Source: Escherichia coli
GTDB taxonomy: Bacteria > Pseudomonadota > Gammaproteobacteria > Enterobacterales > Enterobacteriaceae
Length of the DNA: 64,000 nt
Direction: 5' to 3' (one strand)
Assembly (NCBI RefSeq): GCF_044324785.1
Contig: NZ_CP172127.1
The first letter of the stretch is position 1; each line of letters opens with the position of its first letter. This document shows, in pieces, positions 46,395-62,338 of this stretch. A model generated the notes under the pieces. It worked only from the letters and a program-made list of their open reading frames with translations, did not search any database and had not been told where the DNA came from. Position numbers and translations under genes: made by a program.

Positions 46395-47516
46395 ATGGTT
46401 GCTGAGTTGACCGCATTACGCGATCAAATTGATGAAGTCGATAAAGCGCTGCTGAATTTATTAGCGAAGCGTCTGGAACTGGTTGCTGAAGTGGGCGAGG
46501 TGAAAAGCCGCTTTGGACTGCCTATTTATGTTCCGGAGCGCGAGGCATCTATGCTGGCCTCGCGTCGTGCAGAGGCGGAAGCTCTGGGTGTACCGCCAGA
46601 TCTGATTGAGGATGTTTTGCGTCGGGTGATGCGTGAATCTTACTCCAGTGAAAACGACAAAGGATTTAAAACGCTTTGTCCGTCACTGCGTCCGGTGGTT
46701 ATCGTCGGTGGTGGCGGTCAGATGGGACGTCTGTTCGAGAAGATGCTGGCACTCTCGGGTTATCAGGTGCGGATTCTGGAGCAACATGACTGGGATCGAG
46801 CGGCTGATATTGTTTCCGATGCCGGAATGGTGATTGTTAGTGTGCCAATCCACGTTACTGAGCAAGTTATCGGCAAATTACCGCCTTTACCGAAAGATTG
46901 TATTCTGGTTGATCTGGCATCGGTGAAAAATGGACCGTTACAGGCCATGCTGGCGGCGCATGATGGTCCGGTGCTGGGGCTACACCCGATGTTCGGCCCG
47001 GACAGCGGTAGCCTGGCAAAGCAAGTTGTGGTCTGGTGTGATGGACGTAAGCCGGAAGCATACCAATGGTTTCTGGAGCAAATTCAGGTCTGGGGCGCTC
47101 GACTGCATCGTATTAGCGCTGTCGAGCACGATCAGAATATGGCGTTTATTCAGGCACTGCGCCACTTTGCTACTTTTGCTTATGGGCTGCACCTGGCAGA
47201 AGAAAATGTTCAGCTTGAGCAACTTCTGGCACTTTCTTCGCCGATTTACCGCCTTGAGCTGGCGATGGTCGGGCGACTGTTTGCTCAGGATCCGCAGCTT
47301 TATGCCGACATTATTATGTCGTCAGAGCGTAATCTGGCGTTAATCAAACGTTACTATAAGCGTTTCGGCGAGGCGATTGAGTTGCTGGAGCAGGGCGATA
47401 AGCAGGCGTTTATTGACAGTTTCCGCAAGGTGGAGCACTGGTTCGGCGATTACGCACAGCGTTTTCAGAGTGAAAGCCGCGTGTTATTGCGTCAGGCGAA
47501 TGACAGTCGCCAGTAA
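46395..47516 (+). CDS. tyrA: Bifunctional chorismate mutase/prephenate dehydrogenase TyrA
   Basis: 373 aa, 10 nt downstream of aroF. Confidence 0.95.
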   Translation: MVAELTALRDQIDEVDKALLNLLAKRLELVAEVGEVKSRFGLPIYVPEREASMLASRRAEAEALGVPPDLIEDVLRRVMRESYSSENDKGFKTLCPSLRPVVIVGGGGQMGRLFEKMLALSGYQVRILEQHDWDRAADIVSDAGMVIVSVPIHVTEQVIGKLPPLPKDCILVDLASVKNGPLQAMLAAHDGPVLGLHPMFGPDSGSLAKQVVVWCDGRKPEAYQWFLEQIQVWGARLHRISAVEHDQNMAFIQALRHFATFAYGLHLAEENVQLEQLLALSSPIYRLELAMVGRLFAQDPQLYADIIMSSERNLALIKRYYKRFGEAIELLEQGDKQAFIDSFRKVEHWFGDYAQRFQSESRVLLRQANDSRQ

Positions 47517-47523
47517 TAATCCA

Positions 47524-47556
47524 GTGCCGGGTGGCGTGTTTCACCCGGCACGATTT
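47524..47556. terminator. Bidirectional terminator between convergent tyrA and pheA
   Basis: gtgccgggtggcgtgtttcacccggcac hairpin. Confidence 0.75.
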
Positions 47557-47558
47557 CA

Positions 47559-48719
47559 TTATGCCGGATCGACTGGTACCACATTCTCGCTTGGGTAACA
47601 GCCCAGGACTTTCATCGAGCGAGTGATTTCACCTAGCTCTTTCAACGCCTGTTGCATTTCCGCTGATTCCAGATTGGCCTGAATATCCAGATAAAACATC
47701 TCTTCCCACGGGTTTCCGTGAATCGGGCGTGATTCCAGACGGGTCATAATCAGATTGTGGTTGCGCAGTACCAGCAACGCTTCAACCAGCGCACCAGCTT
47801 GTTGGCCGGTCGCCATTAACAACGTCGTTTTCGCCGGAACCTGGTCAGAAACGTTAATGGCTTTACGTGCCAACACCACAAATCGGGTGAAGTTTTGTCG
47901 CTGATTCGCTTCAATACGCTCCAGTACTTGCAAACCGTACAAAGTGCCGCCAGCTTCGCTTCCCAACGCAGCAATATGCGGTGATTTTGCCTGTGCAACC
48001 TTTTCCATTGCCGCAGACGTACTTTCGGTATATTCAATCTTCCAGTGCGGATAACGATTAAGGAATTTGCTGCATTGCTGGAATGGCTGCGGATGGCTGT
48101 AGACCGTATTAATGGTGGATAAATCAGTAGTGCCGGAGACCAACAAACAATGATCGATAGTTAACGTCATCTCGCCAACAATCGACAAACTGGTATGTTG
48201 CAGCAGATCGTAAACGTCGTTTATGGCACCGGAGCTGGTATTTTCAATCGGTACGACGGCATAGTCGGCCTGGCCGGTTTCCACCTGATTAAAAATATCG
48301 GCAAATTTGGCGCAGCCACTTTCAATGAATTGCTCAAAGTGACGGGCAGCGTACTGACGAGCGGCAAGATGTGAATAGGAGCCTTTGGGGCCGAGAAAAG
48401 CAATGCGGGCAGAGTGTGGATTAATTTTATTGAGATGTTGCTGGAGCAAAGCCTGCTGAGTTAATACGGAATCTTCAATGATGAGCTGGAACAGGCGAGT
48501 AATGTAATGGGCGTCCAGATGGTGCGCTTTACCGAGCGTAATTAATCTTTCCAGTAAATCGCGTTCACGATCAATATCACGTACCGGGCGATGCGAGAGC
48601 AGTTTGGCTTTTCCCACCTCGACGGCCAGTTCGCGCCGCTCTGCCAGTAATGCTAATAATTTTTCATCCAGCGCGCTGATTTTCTCACGCAGCGCCAGTA
48701 ACGGGTTTTCCGATGTCAT
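47559..48719 (-). CDS. pheA: Bifunctional chorismate mutase/prephenate dehydratase PheA
   Basis: 386 aa, [30 protein letters not shown]…. Confidence 0.96.
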   Translation of the reverse strand: MTSENPLLALREKISALDEKLLALLAERRELAVEVGKAKLLSHRPVRDIDRERDLLERLITLGKAHHLDAHYITRLFQLIIEDSVLTQQALLQQHLNKINPHSARIAFLGPKGSYSHLAARQYAARHFEQFIESGCAKFADIFNQVETGQADYAVVPIENTSSGAINDVYDLLQHTSLSIVGEMTLTIDHCLLVSGTTDLSTINTVYSHPQPFQQCSKFLNRYPHWKIEYTESTSAAMEKVAQAKSPHIAALGSEAGGTLYGLQVLERIEANQRQNFTRFVVLARKAINVSDQVPAKTTLLMATGQQAGALVEALLVLRNHNLIMTRLESRPIHGNPWEEMFYLDIQANLESAEMQQALKELGEITRSMKVLGCYPSENVVPVDPA

Positions 48720-48818
48720 AGTGTTGCCTTTTTTGTTATCAATAAAAAAGGCCCCCCGATTTGGGAGGCCTTATTGTTCGTCTTCGCATTCTGTTTCACA
48801 CGACGAAACGCCTCCCAT
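48720..48818 (-). promoter_or_regulatory. pheA transcription attenuator (alternative hairpins and terminator between pheL and pheA)
   Basis: GC-rich stem ggcctcccaaatcggggggcc followed by a T-run on the minus strand, just downstream of the Phe-rich leader ORF. Confidence 0.8.
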
Positions 48819-48866
48819 TCAGGGGAAGGTAAAAAAGAATGCGAAGAAAAACGGTGTGTGTTTCAT
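48819..48866 (-). CDS. pheL: pheA leader peptide PheL (15 aa, 7 Phe codons)
   Basis: Minus strand ATGAAACACACACCGTTTTTCTTCGCATTCTTTTTTACCTTCCCCTGA = MKHTPFFFAFFFTFP*. Confidence 0.9.
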   Translation of the reverse strand: MKHTPFFFAFFFTFP

Positions 48867-48921
48867 GTTTGTTTCCTTAAGTGACTTCAGTACAGTACCC
48901 GTACTGTTTTCACGCTGTCAA

Positions 48922-48950
48922 CAAAAAACGCGCCCGAAGGCGCGTTGGCG
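48922..48950 (-). terminator. Rho-independent terminator of raiA
   Basis: Minus-strand aacgcgccttcgggcgcgtt hairpin followed by TTTTTTGTT. Confidence 0.75.
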
Positions 48951-48969
48951 ATACACTCAATATAAAGGA

Positions 48970-49365
<396 letters not shown>

Positions 49366-49581
49366 TCAAAATGTGTGATGGAAATCTCATAATTTTGTCA
49401 CTTTTTGTCAACGAATCTTTTTTGTGAGAAATCGCAGGAAGAGATGTTTTTTTACTTGAGGAATATCTCAAAGCGAGCCATATTTGATGAGATCGATAGT
49501 GACTAAATCGCTTCAGTTTCACAACAAACAGAATAAAAAAACGGCAGCTCAAGGGCTGCCGTTTTGTGTTTCAGGTTTCTG

Positions 49582-50319
49582 TTATGTATTGCTGCTGTTT
49601 GCGGCGATGATTTTCGCTACTTTTTCAGCTTGCGCATTCATTTGCATCTGACGGTATGCATTTTCCATCAGCGGCAGCGCATCACGCGTAGCCTGGGTAT
49701 CCGGGTAGTCGCGCAACATGCCTTCTACGCGGTTAACGACGGCAACCCATGCGCCACGTTCTGTATAGTACTCGGCCACGGAGTATTCATATTTCGCCAG
49801 ACGATCTTTCAGGAATACCAGACGTTTGGTGGCATCGGTGGTGTACTGACTGTTCGGATAGCCGCGCACCAGTTTGGAAAAGTCACTAAACGCAGCTCGT
49901 GCATGTTGAGGATCGCGATCGCTACGGTCAACGCCAAAGAACCCTTGCAGCGCACTGTCATCCAGCGCCATATTGGTCAGGCCACGCATGTACATGACAT
50001 AATCGATATTCGGATGGGTCGGGTTAAGGCGAATAAAACGATCGATGGCAGCCTGTGCTAACGGCAAATCGGCGTTTTTATAGTAGGCGTAGATGAGATC
50101 CAGCTGCACCTGCTGCGAATACGGACCAAACGGATAGCGATTATCTAACGCTTCCAGTTGCGTTATTGCCTGTCTCCAGTTACCGTCCTGCAGCTTTTGT
50201 TGTGCAGTCGCGTAAATTTCATTTGGCGGATTATCAGGTACTTCTTCCTTTGACCCCGAGCAACCCGCCAAAAACAGGCTTAGTGTGGCGGCTGCCACCA
50301 GATATTTCATGCGCGTCAT
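49582..50319 (-). CDS. bamD: Outer membrane protein assembly factor BamD (YfiO), TPR lipoprotein
   Basis: 245 aa with lipobox LAGC. Confidence 0.95.
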
Positions 50320-50453
50320 GACGTTTTGACTTTCCTCAAAATGTAATACGGGAGATTCTCTGTTCCTGCTCCCGGTTAAGACCAGCTACAATAGCACACT
50401 ATATTAAACGGCAAAGCCGTAAAACCCCAACGATAAACGAAGAAGCAGTATAT

Positions 50454-51434
50454 ATGGCACAACGAGTACAGCTCACTGCAACGGTGTCCGAAAACCAACT
50501 CGGTCAACGCTTAGATCAGGCTTTGGCCGAAATGTTCCCGGATTATTCACGTTCGCGAATAAAAGAATGGATCCTCGACCAGCGCGTGCTGGTTAACGGC
50601 AAAGTTTGTGATAAGCCGAAAGAAAAAGTATTGGGTGGCGAGCAGGTTGCCATCAACGCTGAGATTGAAGAAGAAGCGCGTTTTGAACCGCAGGATATCC
50701 CGCTGGATATTGTCTATGAAGATGAAGATATCATCGTCATTAATAAACCACGCGACCTGGTGGTACATCCTGGCGCGGGTAACCCGGATGGCACGGTACT
50801 GAATGCGTTGCTTCATTATTATCCGCCCATTGCCGATGTACCGCGTGCGGGCATCGTCCATCGTCTGGATAAAGACACCACCGGCCTGATGGTTGTGGCA
50901 AAAACCGTTCCGGCTCAGACGCGTTTAGTCGAATCTTTGCAACGGCGTGAAATTACTCGTGAGTACGAAGCGGTGGCGATTGGTCATATGACCGCAGGTG
51001 GCACGGTGGACGAGCCAATCAGTCGCCACCCGACCAAACGTACCCATATGGCGGTGCATCCGATGGGCAAACCAGCGGTGACTCACTATCGCATCATGGA
51101 ACACTTCCGTGTGCACACGCGTCTGCGGTTGCGTCTGGAAACTGGACGTACGCACCAGATCCGCGTGCATATGGCCCATATCACTCATCCGCTGGTGGGC
51201 GATCCGGTTTATGGTGGCCGTCCGCGTCCGCCAAAAGGTGCTTCGGAAGCGTTTATCTCCACGCTGCGTAAGTTTGACCGCCAGGCGCTTCATGCAACCA
51301 TGCTGCGTCTTTATCACCCGATCTCCGGTATCGAAATGGAATGGCATGCGCCTATTCCAGAAGATATGGTGGAGCTGATTGAGGTGATGCGCGCCGATTT
51401 CGAAGAGCATAAGGATGAAGTGGACTGGTTATGA
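50454..51434 (+). CDS. rluD: 23S rRNA pseudouridine synthase RluD
   Basis: 326 aa, S4 domain plus RluA-family catalytic core (…HRLDKDTTGL…). Confidence 0.95.
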   Translation: MAQRVQLTATVSENQLGQRLDQALAEMFPDYSRSRIKEWILDQRVLVNGKVCDKPKEKVLGGEQVAINAEIEEEARFEPQDIPLDIVYEDEDIIVINKPRDLVVHPGAGNPDGTVLNALLHYYPPIADVPRAGIVHRLDKDTTGLMVVAKTVPAQTRLVESLQRREITREYEAVAIGHMTAGGTVDEPISRHPTKRTHMAVHPMGKPAVTHYRIMEHFRVHTRLRLRLETGRTHQIRVHMAHITHPLVGDPVYGGRPRPPKGASEAFISTLRKFDRQALHATMLRLYHPISGIEMEWHAPIPEDMVELIEVMRADFEEHKDEVDWL

Positions 51435-52162
51435 GTAAGCTGATTGTCCCGCAGTGGCCGCTGCCAAAAGGTGTTGCGGCCTGTAGCTCTACCCGTATCG
51501 GCGGCGTGAGCTTGCCGCCTTACGACTCTCTCAACCTTGGCGCTCATTGTGGTGATAACCCGGATCACGTTGAGGAGAATCGCAAGCGACTTTTTGCTGC
51601 GGGCAATTTGCCTTCTAAACCGGTCTGGCTTGAGCAGGTACACGGCAAAGATGTGCTTAAGCTTACTGGTGAACCTTATGCCTCAAAACGAGCAGATGCC
51701 TCTTATAGCAATACGCCCGGCACGGTTTGCGCAGTGATGACTGCCGACTGCCTCCCCGTGCTGTTTTGCAATCGAGCGGGAACGGAAGTCGCCGCCGCTC
51801 ATGCTGGCTGGCGTGGACTGTGCGCTGGCGTGTTGGAGGAGACGGTTTCCTGTTTTGCTGATAATCCGGAAAATATTCTCGCCTGGTTAGGGCCGGCAAT
51901 TGGTCCACGCGCGTTTGAAGTGGGGGCGGAGGTTCGCGAGGCGTTTATGGCAGTAGACGCCAAAGCGAGTACAGCTTTCATTCAGCATGGTGATAAGTAT
52001 CTGGCGGATATTTATCTCCTTGCCCGGCAGCGTCTGGCGAACGTCGGTGTCGAACAAATTTTCGGCGGCAACCGTTGTACATATACGGAAAATGAGACTT
52101 TCTTCTCTTATCGTCGCGACAAGACCACTGGTCGTATGGCAAGTTTCATTTGGCTGATATAA
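51431..52162 (+). CDS. yfiH: Purine nucleoside phosphorylase/laccase-domain protein YfiH (PgeF)
   Basis: 243 aa; overlaps the rluD stop by 4 nt. Confidence 0.9.
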   Translation: MSKLIVPQWPLPKGVAACSSTRIGGVSLPPYDSLNLGAHCGDNPDHVEENRKRLFAAGNLPSKPVWLEQVHGKDVLKLTGEPYASKRADASYSNTPGTVCAVMTADCLPVLFCNRAGTEVAAAHAGWRGLCAGVLEETVSCFADNPENILAWLGPAIGPRAFEVGAEVREAFMAVDAKASTAFIQHGDKYLADIYLLARQRLANVGVEQIFGGNRCTYTENETFFSYRRDKTTGRMASFIWLI

Positions 52163-52224
52163 CCTAAAGAATCAAGACGATCCGGTACGCGTGATTTTCT
52201 TTTCACATTAATCTGGTCAATAAC

Positions 52225-52253
52225 CTTGAATAATTGAGGGATGACCTCATTTA
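52225..52253 (+). promoter_or_regulatory. Sigma-32 (heat-shock) promoter of clpB
   Basis: cCTTGAAtaattgagggatgaCCTCATTTA matches the RpoH -35 CTTGAA and -10 CCCCATnT pattern with suitable spacing. Confidence 0.7.
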
Positions 52254-52291
52254 ATCTCCAGTAGCAACTTTGATCCGTTATGGGAGGAGTT

Positions 52292-54865
52292 ATGCGTCTG
52301 GATCGTCTTACTAATAAATTCCAGCTTGCTCTTGCCGATGCCCAATCACTTGCACTCGGGCACGACAACCAATTCATCGAACCACTTCATTTAATGAGCG
52401 CCCTGCTGAATCAGGAAGGGGGTTCGGTTAGTCCTTTATTAACATCCGCTGGCATTAATGCTGGCCAGTTGCGCACAGATATCAATCAGGCATTAAATCG
52501 TTTACCGCAGGTTGAAGGTACTGGTGGTGATGTCCAGCCATCACAGGATCTGGTGCGCGTTCTTAATCTTTGCGACAAGTTGGCGCAAAAACGTGGTGAT
52601 AACTTTATCTCGTCAGAACTGTTCGTTCTGGCGGCACTTGAGTCTCGCGGCACGCTGGCCGACATCCTGAAAGCAGCAGGGGCGACCACCGCCAACATTA
52701 CTCAAGCGATTGAACAAATGCGTGGAGGTGAAAGCGTGAACGATCAAGGTGCTGAAGACCAACGTCAGGCTTTGAAAAAATATACCATCGACCTTACCGA
52801 ACGAGCCGAACAAGGCAAACTCGATCCGGTGATTGGTCGTGATGAAGAAATTCGCCGTACCATTCAGGTGCTGCAACGTCGTACTAAAAATAACCCGGTA
52901 CTGATTGGTGAACCAGGCGTCGGTAAAACTGCCATCGTTGAAGGTCTGGCGCAGCGTATCATCAACGGCGAAGTGCCGGAAGGGTTGAAAGGCCGCCGCG
53001 TACTGGCGCTGGATATGGGCGCGCTGGTGGCTGGGGCGAAATATCGCGGTGAGTTTGAAGAACGTTTAAAAGGCGTACTTAACGATCTTGCTAAACAGGA
53101 AGGCAACGTCATCCTGTTTATCGACGAATTACATACCATGGTCGGCGCGGGTAAAGCCGATGGCGCAATGGACGCCGGAAACATGCTGAAACCGGCGCTG
53201 GCGCGTGGTGAATTGCACTGCGTAGGTGCCACGACGCTTGACGAATATCGCCAGTACATCGAAAAAGATGCTGCGCTGGAGCGTCGTTTCCAGAAAGTGT
53301 TTGTTGCCGAGCCTTCTGTTGAAGACACCATTGCTATTCTGCGTGGCTTAAAAGAACGTTACGAACTGCACCACCATGTGCAAATTACTGACCCGGCAAT
53401 TGTTGCAGCTGCGACGTTGTCTCATCGCTACATTGCTGACCGTCAGCTGCCGGATAAAGCCATCGACCTGATCGATGAAGCAGCATCCAGCATTCGTATG
53501 CAGATTGACTCAAAACCAGAAGAACTCGACCGACTCGATCGTCGTATCATCCAGCTCAAACTGGAACAACAGGCGTTAATGAAAGAGTCTGATGAAGCCA
53601 GTAAAAAACGCCTGGATATGCTCAACGAAGAACTGAGCGACAAAGAACGTCAGTACTCCGAGTTAGAAGAAGAGTGGAAAGCAGAGAAAGCATCGCTTTC
53701 TGGTACACAGACCATTAAAGCGGAACTGGAACAGGCGAAAATCGCTATTGAACAGGCTCGCCGTGTGGGTGACCTGGCGCGGATGTCTGAACTGCAATAC
53801 GGCAAAATCCCGGAACTGGAAAAGCAACTGGAAGCCGCAACGCAGCTCGAAGGCAAAACTATGCGTCTGTTGCGTAATAAAGTGACCGACGCCGAAATTG
53901 CTGAAGTGCTGGCGCGTTGGACGGGGATTCCGGTTTCTCGCATGATGGAAAGCGAGCGCGAAAAACTGCTGCGTATGGAGCAAGAGCTGCACCATCGCGT
54001 TATTGGTCAGAACGAAGCGGTTGATGCGGTATCTAACGCTATTCGTCGTAGCCGTGCGGGGCTGGCGGATCCAAATCGCCCGATTGGTTCATTCCTGTTC
54101 CTCGGCCCAACGGGTGTGGGGAAAACTGAGCTTTGTAAGGCGCTGGCGAACTTTATGTTTGATAGCGACGAGGCGATGGTCCGTATCGATATGTCCGAGT
54201 TTATGGAGAAACACTCGGTGTCTCGTCTGGTTGGTGCGCCTCCGGGATATGTCGGTTATGAAGAAGGTGGCTACCTGACCGAAGCTGTGCGTCGTCGTCC
54301 GTATTCCGTCATCCTGCTGGATGAAGTGGAAAAAGCGCATCCGGATGTCTTCAACATTCTGTTGCAGGTACTGGATGATGGGCGTCTGACTGACGGGCAG
54401 GGGAGAACGGTCGACTTCCGTAATACGGTTGTCATTATGACCTCTAACCTCGGTTCCGATTTGATTCAGGAACGCTTCGGTGAACTGGATTATGCGCACA
54501 TGAAAGAGCTGGTGCTCGGTGTGGTAAGCCATAACTTCCGTCCGGAATTCATTAACCGTATCGATGAAGTGGTGGTCTTCCATCCGCTGGGTGAACAGCA
54601 CATTGCGTCGATTGCGCAGATTCAGTTGAAACGTCTGTATAAACGTCTGGAAGAACGTGGTTATGAAATCCACATTTCTGACGAGGCGCTGAAACTGCTG
54701 AGCGAGAACGGTTACGATCCGGTCTATGGTGCACGTCCTCTGAAACGTGCTATCCAGCAGCAGATCGAAAACCCGCTGGCACAGCAAATACTGTCTGGTG
54801 AATTGGTTCCGGGTAAAGTTATTCGCCTGGAAGTTAATGAAGACCGGATTGTCGCCGTCCAGTAA
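52292..54865 (+). CDS. clpB: Disaggregase chaperone ClpB (Hsp100 AAA+)
   Basis: ORF 52280..54865; start at [18 protein letters not shown] with RBS gggaggag; two AAA+ modules (GEPGVGKT and GPTGVGKT) with a coiled-coil middle domain; 857 aa. Confidence 0.97.
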
Positions 54866-54870
54866 TGATA

Positions 54871-54897
54871 AAACGAGCCCTTCGGGGCTCGTTTTTG
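54871..54897 (+). terminator. Rho-independent terminator of clpB
   Basis: aaacgagcccttcggggctcgttttt. Confidence 0.85.
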
Positions 54898-54979
54898 TCT
54901 ATAAATTAGACGGAAAAGACTATGTTTAAGATGTTTTGCCTGAAAAATGAGCGAACGATAAAGTTTTTATATTTTTCGC

Positions 54980-55010
54980 TTGTCAGGCCGGAATAACTCC
55001 CTATAATGCG
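54980..55010 (+). promoter_or_regulatory. rRNA operon promoter P1 (with AT-rich UP/Fis region upstream)
   Basis: cTTGTCAggccggaataactcccTATAATgcgccacca. Confidence 0.85.
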
Positions 55011-55098
55011 CCACCACTGACACGGAACAACGGCAAACACGCCGCCGGGTCAGCGGAGTTCTCCTGAGAATTCCGGCAGAGAAAGCAAAAATAAATGC

Positions 55099-55128
55099 TT
55101 GACTCTGTAGCGGGAAAGCGTATTATGC
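55099..55128 (+). promoter_or_regulatory. rRNA operon promoter P2
   Basis: TTGACTctgtagcgggaaagcgTATTATgcacaccc. Confidence 0.8.
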
Positions 55129-55163
55129 ACACCCCGCGCCGCTGAGAAAAAGCGAAGCGGCAC

Positions 55164-55176
55164 TGCTCTTTAACAA
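55164..55176 (+). promoter_or_regulatory. rrn leader boxA antitermination element
   Basis: tgctctttaacaa. Confidence 0.8.
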
Positions 55177-55307
55177 TTTATCAGACAATCTGTGTGGGCA
55201 CTCGAAGATACGGATTCTTAACGTCGCAAGACGAAAAATGAATACCAAGTCTCAAGAGTGAACACGTAATTCATTACGAAGTTTAATTCTTTGAGCATCA
55301 AACTTTT

Positions 55308-56849
<1,542 letters not shown>

Positions 56850-56934
56850 CCTTAAAGAAGCGTTCTTTGTAGTGCTCACACAGATTGTCTGATAGAAAGT
56901 GAAAAGCAAGGCGTCTTGCGAAGCAGACTGATAC

Positions 56935-57010
56935 GTCCCCTTCGTCTAGAGGCCCAGGACACCGCCCTTTCACGGCGGTAACAGGGGTTCGAATCCCCTA
57001 GGGGACGCCA
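56935..57010 (+). tRNA. gltW: tRNA-Glu (anticodon TTC) in the 16S-23S spacer
   Basis: gtccccttcgtctagaggcccaggacaccgccctTTCacggcggtaacaggggttcgaatcccctaggggacgcca. Confidence 0.95.
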
Positions 57011-57194
57011 CTTGCTGGTTTGTGAGTGAAAGTCACCTGCCTTGATATCTCAAAACTCATCTTCGGGTGATGTTTGAGATATTTGCTCTTTAAAAATCTG
57101 GATCAAGCTGAAAATTGAAACACTGAACAACGAAAGTTGTTCGTGAGTCTCTCAAATTTTCGCAACTCTGAAGTGAAACATCTTCGGGTTGTGA

Positions 57195-60099
<2,905 letters not shown>

Positions 60100-60191
60100 A
60101 CAACGCCGAAGATGTTTTGGCGGATGAGAGAAGATTTTCAGCCTGATACAGATTAAATCAGAACGCAGAAGCGGTCTGATAAAACAGAATT

Positions 60192-60311
60192 TGCCTGGCG
60201 GCCGTAGCGCGGTGGTCCCACCTGACCCCATGCCGAACTCAGAAGTGAAACGCCGTAGCGCCGATGGTAGTGTGGGGTCTCCCCATGCGAGAGTAGGGAA
60301 CTGCCAGGCAT
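60192..60311 (+). rRNA. rrfG: 5S ribosomal RNA (120 nt)
   Basis: TGCCTGGCGGCCGTAGCGCGGTGGTCCCACCTGACCCCATGCCGAACTCAG … GGGAACTGCCAGGCAT. Confidence 0.97.
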
Positions 60312-60323
60312 CAAATTAAGCAG

Positions 60324-60351
60324 AAGGCCATCCTGACGGATGGCCTTTTTG
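60324..60351 (+). terminator. rRNA operon terminator
   Basis: aaggccatcctgacggatggcctttttg. Confidence 0.85.
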
Positions 60352-60369
60352 CGCTGGTGCGGAATAAAT

Positions 60370-60405
60370 GCCGGATGCGACGCTGGCGCGTCTTACCCGA
60401 CCTAC
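60370..60405. repeat. REP element downstream of the rrn terminator
   Basis: gccggatgcgacgctggcgcgtcttacccgacctac matches the REP/PU pattern. Confidence 0.75.
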
Positions 60406-60674
60406 GAAGAGTTGCGGCGAGTGTAGATATCCGCATTATCCCCCCACATACGCCAGATTCAGCAACGGATACGGTTTCCCCAAATTGCCCACTTCCATAC
60501 ATCCTCCTTACCAGAAATCTATCCTTAAGCTCCTTAATAACCATTTTCCTGCTAACTAAATTCATGGTTAAGGTTGCATAATGATACGCAACAAATGTAT
60601 AACATTTTCTTTACCAAAAAAATAAACAACAGCGACCGACAAAAGCATCGGATTACGGCAGGAGACATAATGGC

Positions 60675-61973
60675 ATGGCTGAAAGTACTGTAACGGCAGA
60701 CAGCAAACTGACAAGTAGTGATACTCGTCGCCGCATTTGGGCGATTGTGGGGGCCTCTTCAGGTAATCTGGTCGAGTGGTTCGATTTCTATGTCTACTCG
60801 TTCTGTTCACTCTACTTTGCCCACATCTTCTTCCCTTCCGGGAACACGACGACTCAACTACTACAAACAGCAGGTGTTTTTGCTGCGGGATTTCTGATGC
60901 GCCCAATAGGCGGTTGGCTATTTGGCCGCATAGCCGATAAACATGGTCGCAAAAAATCGATGCTGTTATCGGTGTGTATGATGTGTTTCGGCTCACTGGT
61001 TATCGCCTGTTTGCCAGGCTACGAAACAATCGGTACCTGGGCTCCGGCATTATTGCTTCTTGCTCGTTTATTCCAGGGATTATCCGTTGGCGGAGAATAT
61101 GGCACCAGCGCCACCTATATGAGTGAAGTTGCCGTTGAAGGGCGCAAAGGTTTTTACGCATCATTTCAGTATGTGACGTTGATCGGCGGGCAACTGCTAG
61201 CTCTACTGGTTGTCGTGGTTTTACAACACACCATGGAAGACGCTGCACTCAGAGAGTGGGGATGGCGTATTCCTTTCGCGTTAGGAGCTGTGTTAGCTGT
61301 TGTGGCGTTGTGGTTACGTCGTCAGTTAGATGAAACTTCACAACAAGAAACACGCGCTTTAAAAGAAGCTGGATCTCTGAAAGGATTATGGCGCAATTGC
61401 CGTGCATTCATCATGGTTCTCGGTTTTACCGCTGCGGGCTCCCTTTGTTTCTATACCTTCACCACTTATATGCAGAAGTATCTGGTAAATACTGCGGGAA
61501 TGCATGCCAACGTGGCGAGTGGCATTATGACAGCCGCATTGTTTGTTTATATGCTCATTCAGCCACTTTTTGGTGCCTTGTCAGATAAGATTGGTCGCCG
61601 AACTTCGATGCTTTGCTTCGGTTCTCTGGCTGCTGTTTTTACCGTTCCGATACTCTCAGCATTACAGAATGTATCTTCTCCTTATGCCGCTTTTGGTCTG
61701 GTGATGTGCGCCCTGCTGATCGTGAGTTTTTATACTTCAATCAGTGGAATACTGAAGGCTGAAATGTTCCCGGCCCAGGTTCGCGCATTAGGTGTTGGTC
61801 TGTCGTATGCCGTCGCTAATGCGATATTTGGTGGCTCAGCAGAGTATGTAGCGTTATCGTTAAAATCGGTAGGAATGGAAACATCTTTCTTCTGGTATGT
61901 CACCTTTATGGCAGTGATTGCATTCCTGGTATCACTAACATTGCACCGTAAAGGAAAAGGGATGCGTCTTTAG
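60675..61973 (+). CDS. kgtP: Alpha-ketoglutarate:H+ symporter KgtP (MFS)
   Basis: 432 aa, [41 protein letters not shown]… 12-TM MFS protein. Confidence 0.95.
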   Translation: MAESTVTADSKLTSSDTRRRIWAIVGASSGNLVEWFDFYVYSFCSLYFAHIFFPSGNTTTQLLQTAGVFAAGFLMRPIGGWLFGRIADKHGRKKSMLLSVCMMCFGSLVIACLPGYETIGTWAPALLLLARLFQGLSVGGEYGTSATYMSEVAVEGRKGFYASFQYVTLIGGQLLALLVVVVLQHTMEDAALREWGWRIPFALGAVLAVVALWLRRQLDETSQQETRALKEAGSLKGLWRNCRAFIMVLGFTAAGSLCFYTFTTYMQKYLVNTAGMHANVASGIMTAALFVYMLIQPLFGALSDKIGRRTSMLCFGSLAAVFTVPILSALQNVSSPYAAFGLVMCALLIVSFYTSISGILKAEMFPAQVRALGVGLSYAVANAIFGGSAEYVALSLKSVGMETSFFWYVTFMAVIAFLVSLTLHRKGKGMRL

Positions 61974-62314
61974 TTACGGGTCAGTTGCCAGACGGTATAG
62001 CCGGTGCTTGCACCGGCGACATCCCAGGCCAAATCCTTCCAGCTCCAGCCGCTCCCTTCGGGGCGGCTATCCCAAAGCTCTTTTGACGCGCCCAGCCCAA
62101 CAGAGAACATCAGCCCGAAAGTGGCACTGCGATCGCGACTCATCCCCTGATGCTGTGCATATTCATTTCCGGCGGCGGAAAGCATCGCCGAGGCGATAAA
62201 GTGTTGAGCTTTATCCTGCCCGCTCCAGCTATCGTTAGCCATATGGCTGCATCCAGAAAGTAACAATAGCGAACAGACAAAAAGAATACGCAAAACGTGG
62301 CCTCCAAAAAACAA
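61970..62314 (-). CDS. yfiM: Lipoprotein YfiM
   Basis: 114-aa ORF with lipobox LLSGCS; convergent with kgtP with a 4-nt overlap; start codon uncertain. Confidence 0.75.
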   Translation of the reverse strand: MFFGGHVLRILFVCSLLLLSGCSHMANDSWSGQDKAQHFIASAMLSAAGNEYAQHQGMSRDRSATFGLMFSVGLGASKELWDSRPEGSGWSWKDLAWDVAGASTGYTVWQLTRN

Positions 62315-62338
62315 ACCCCGTACAGGACGGGGTTGTGA

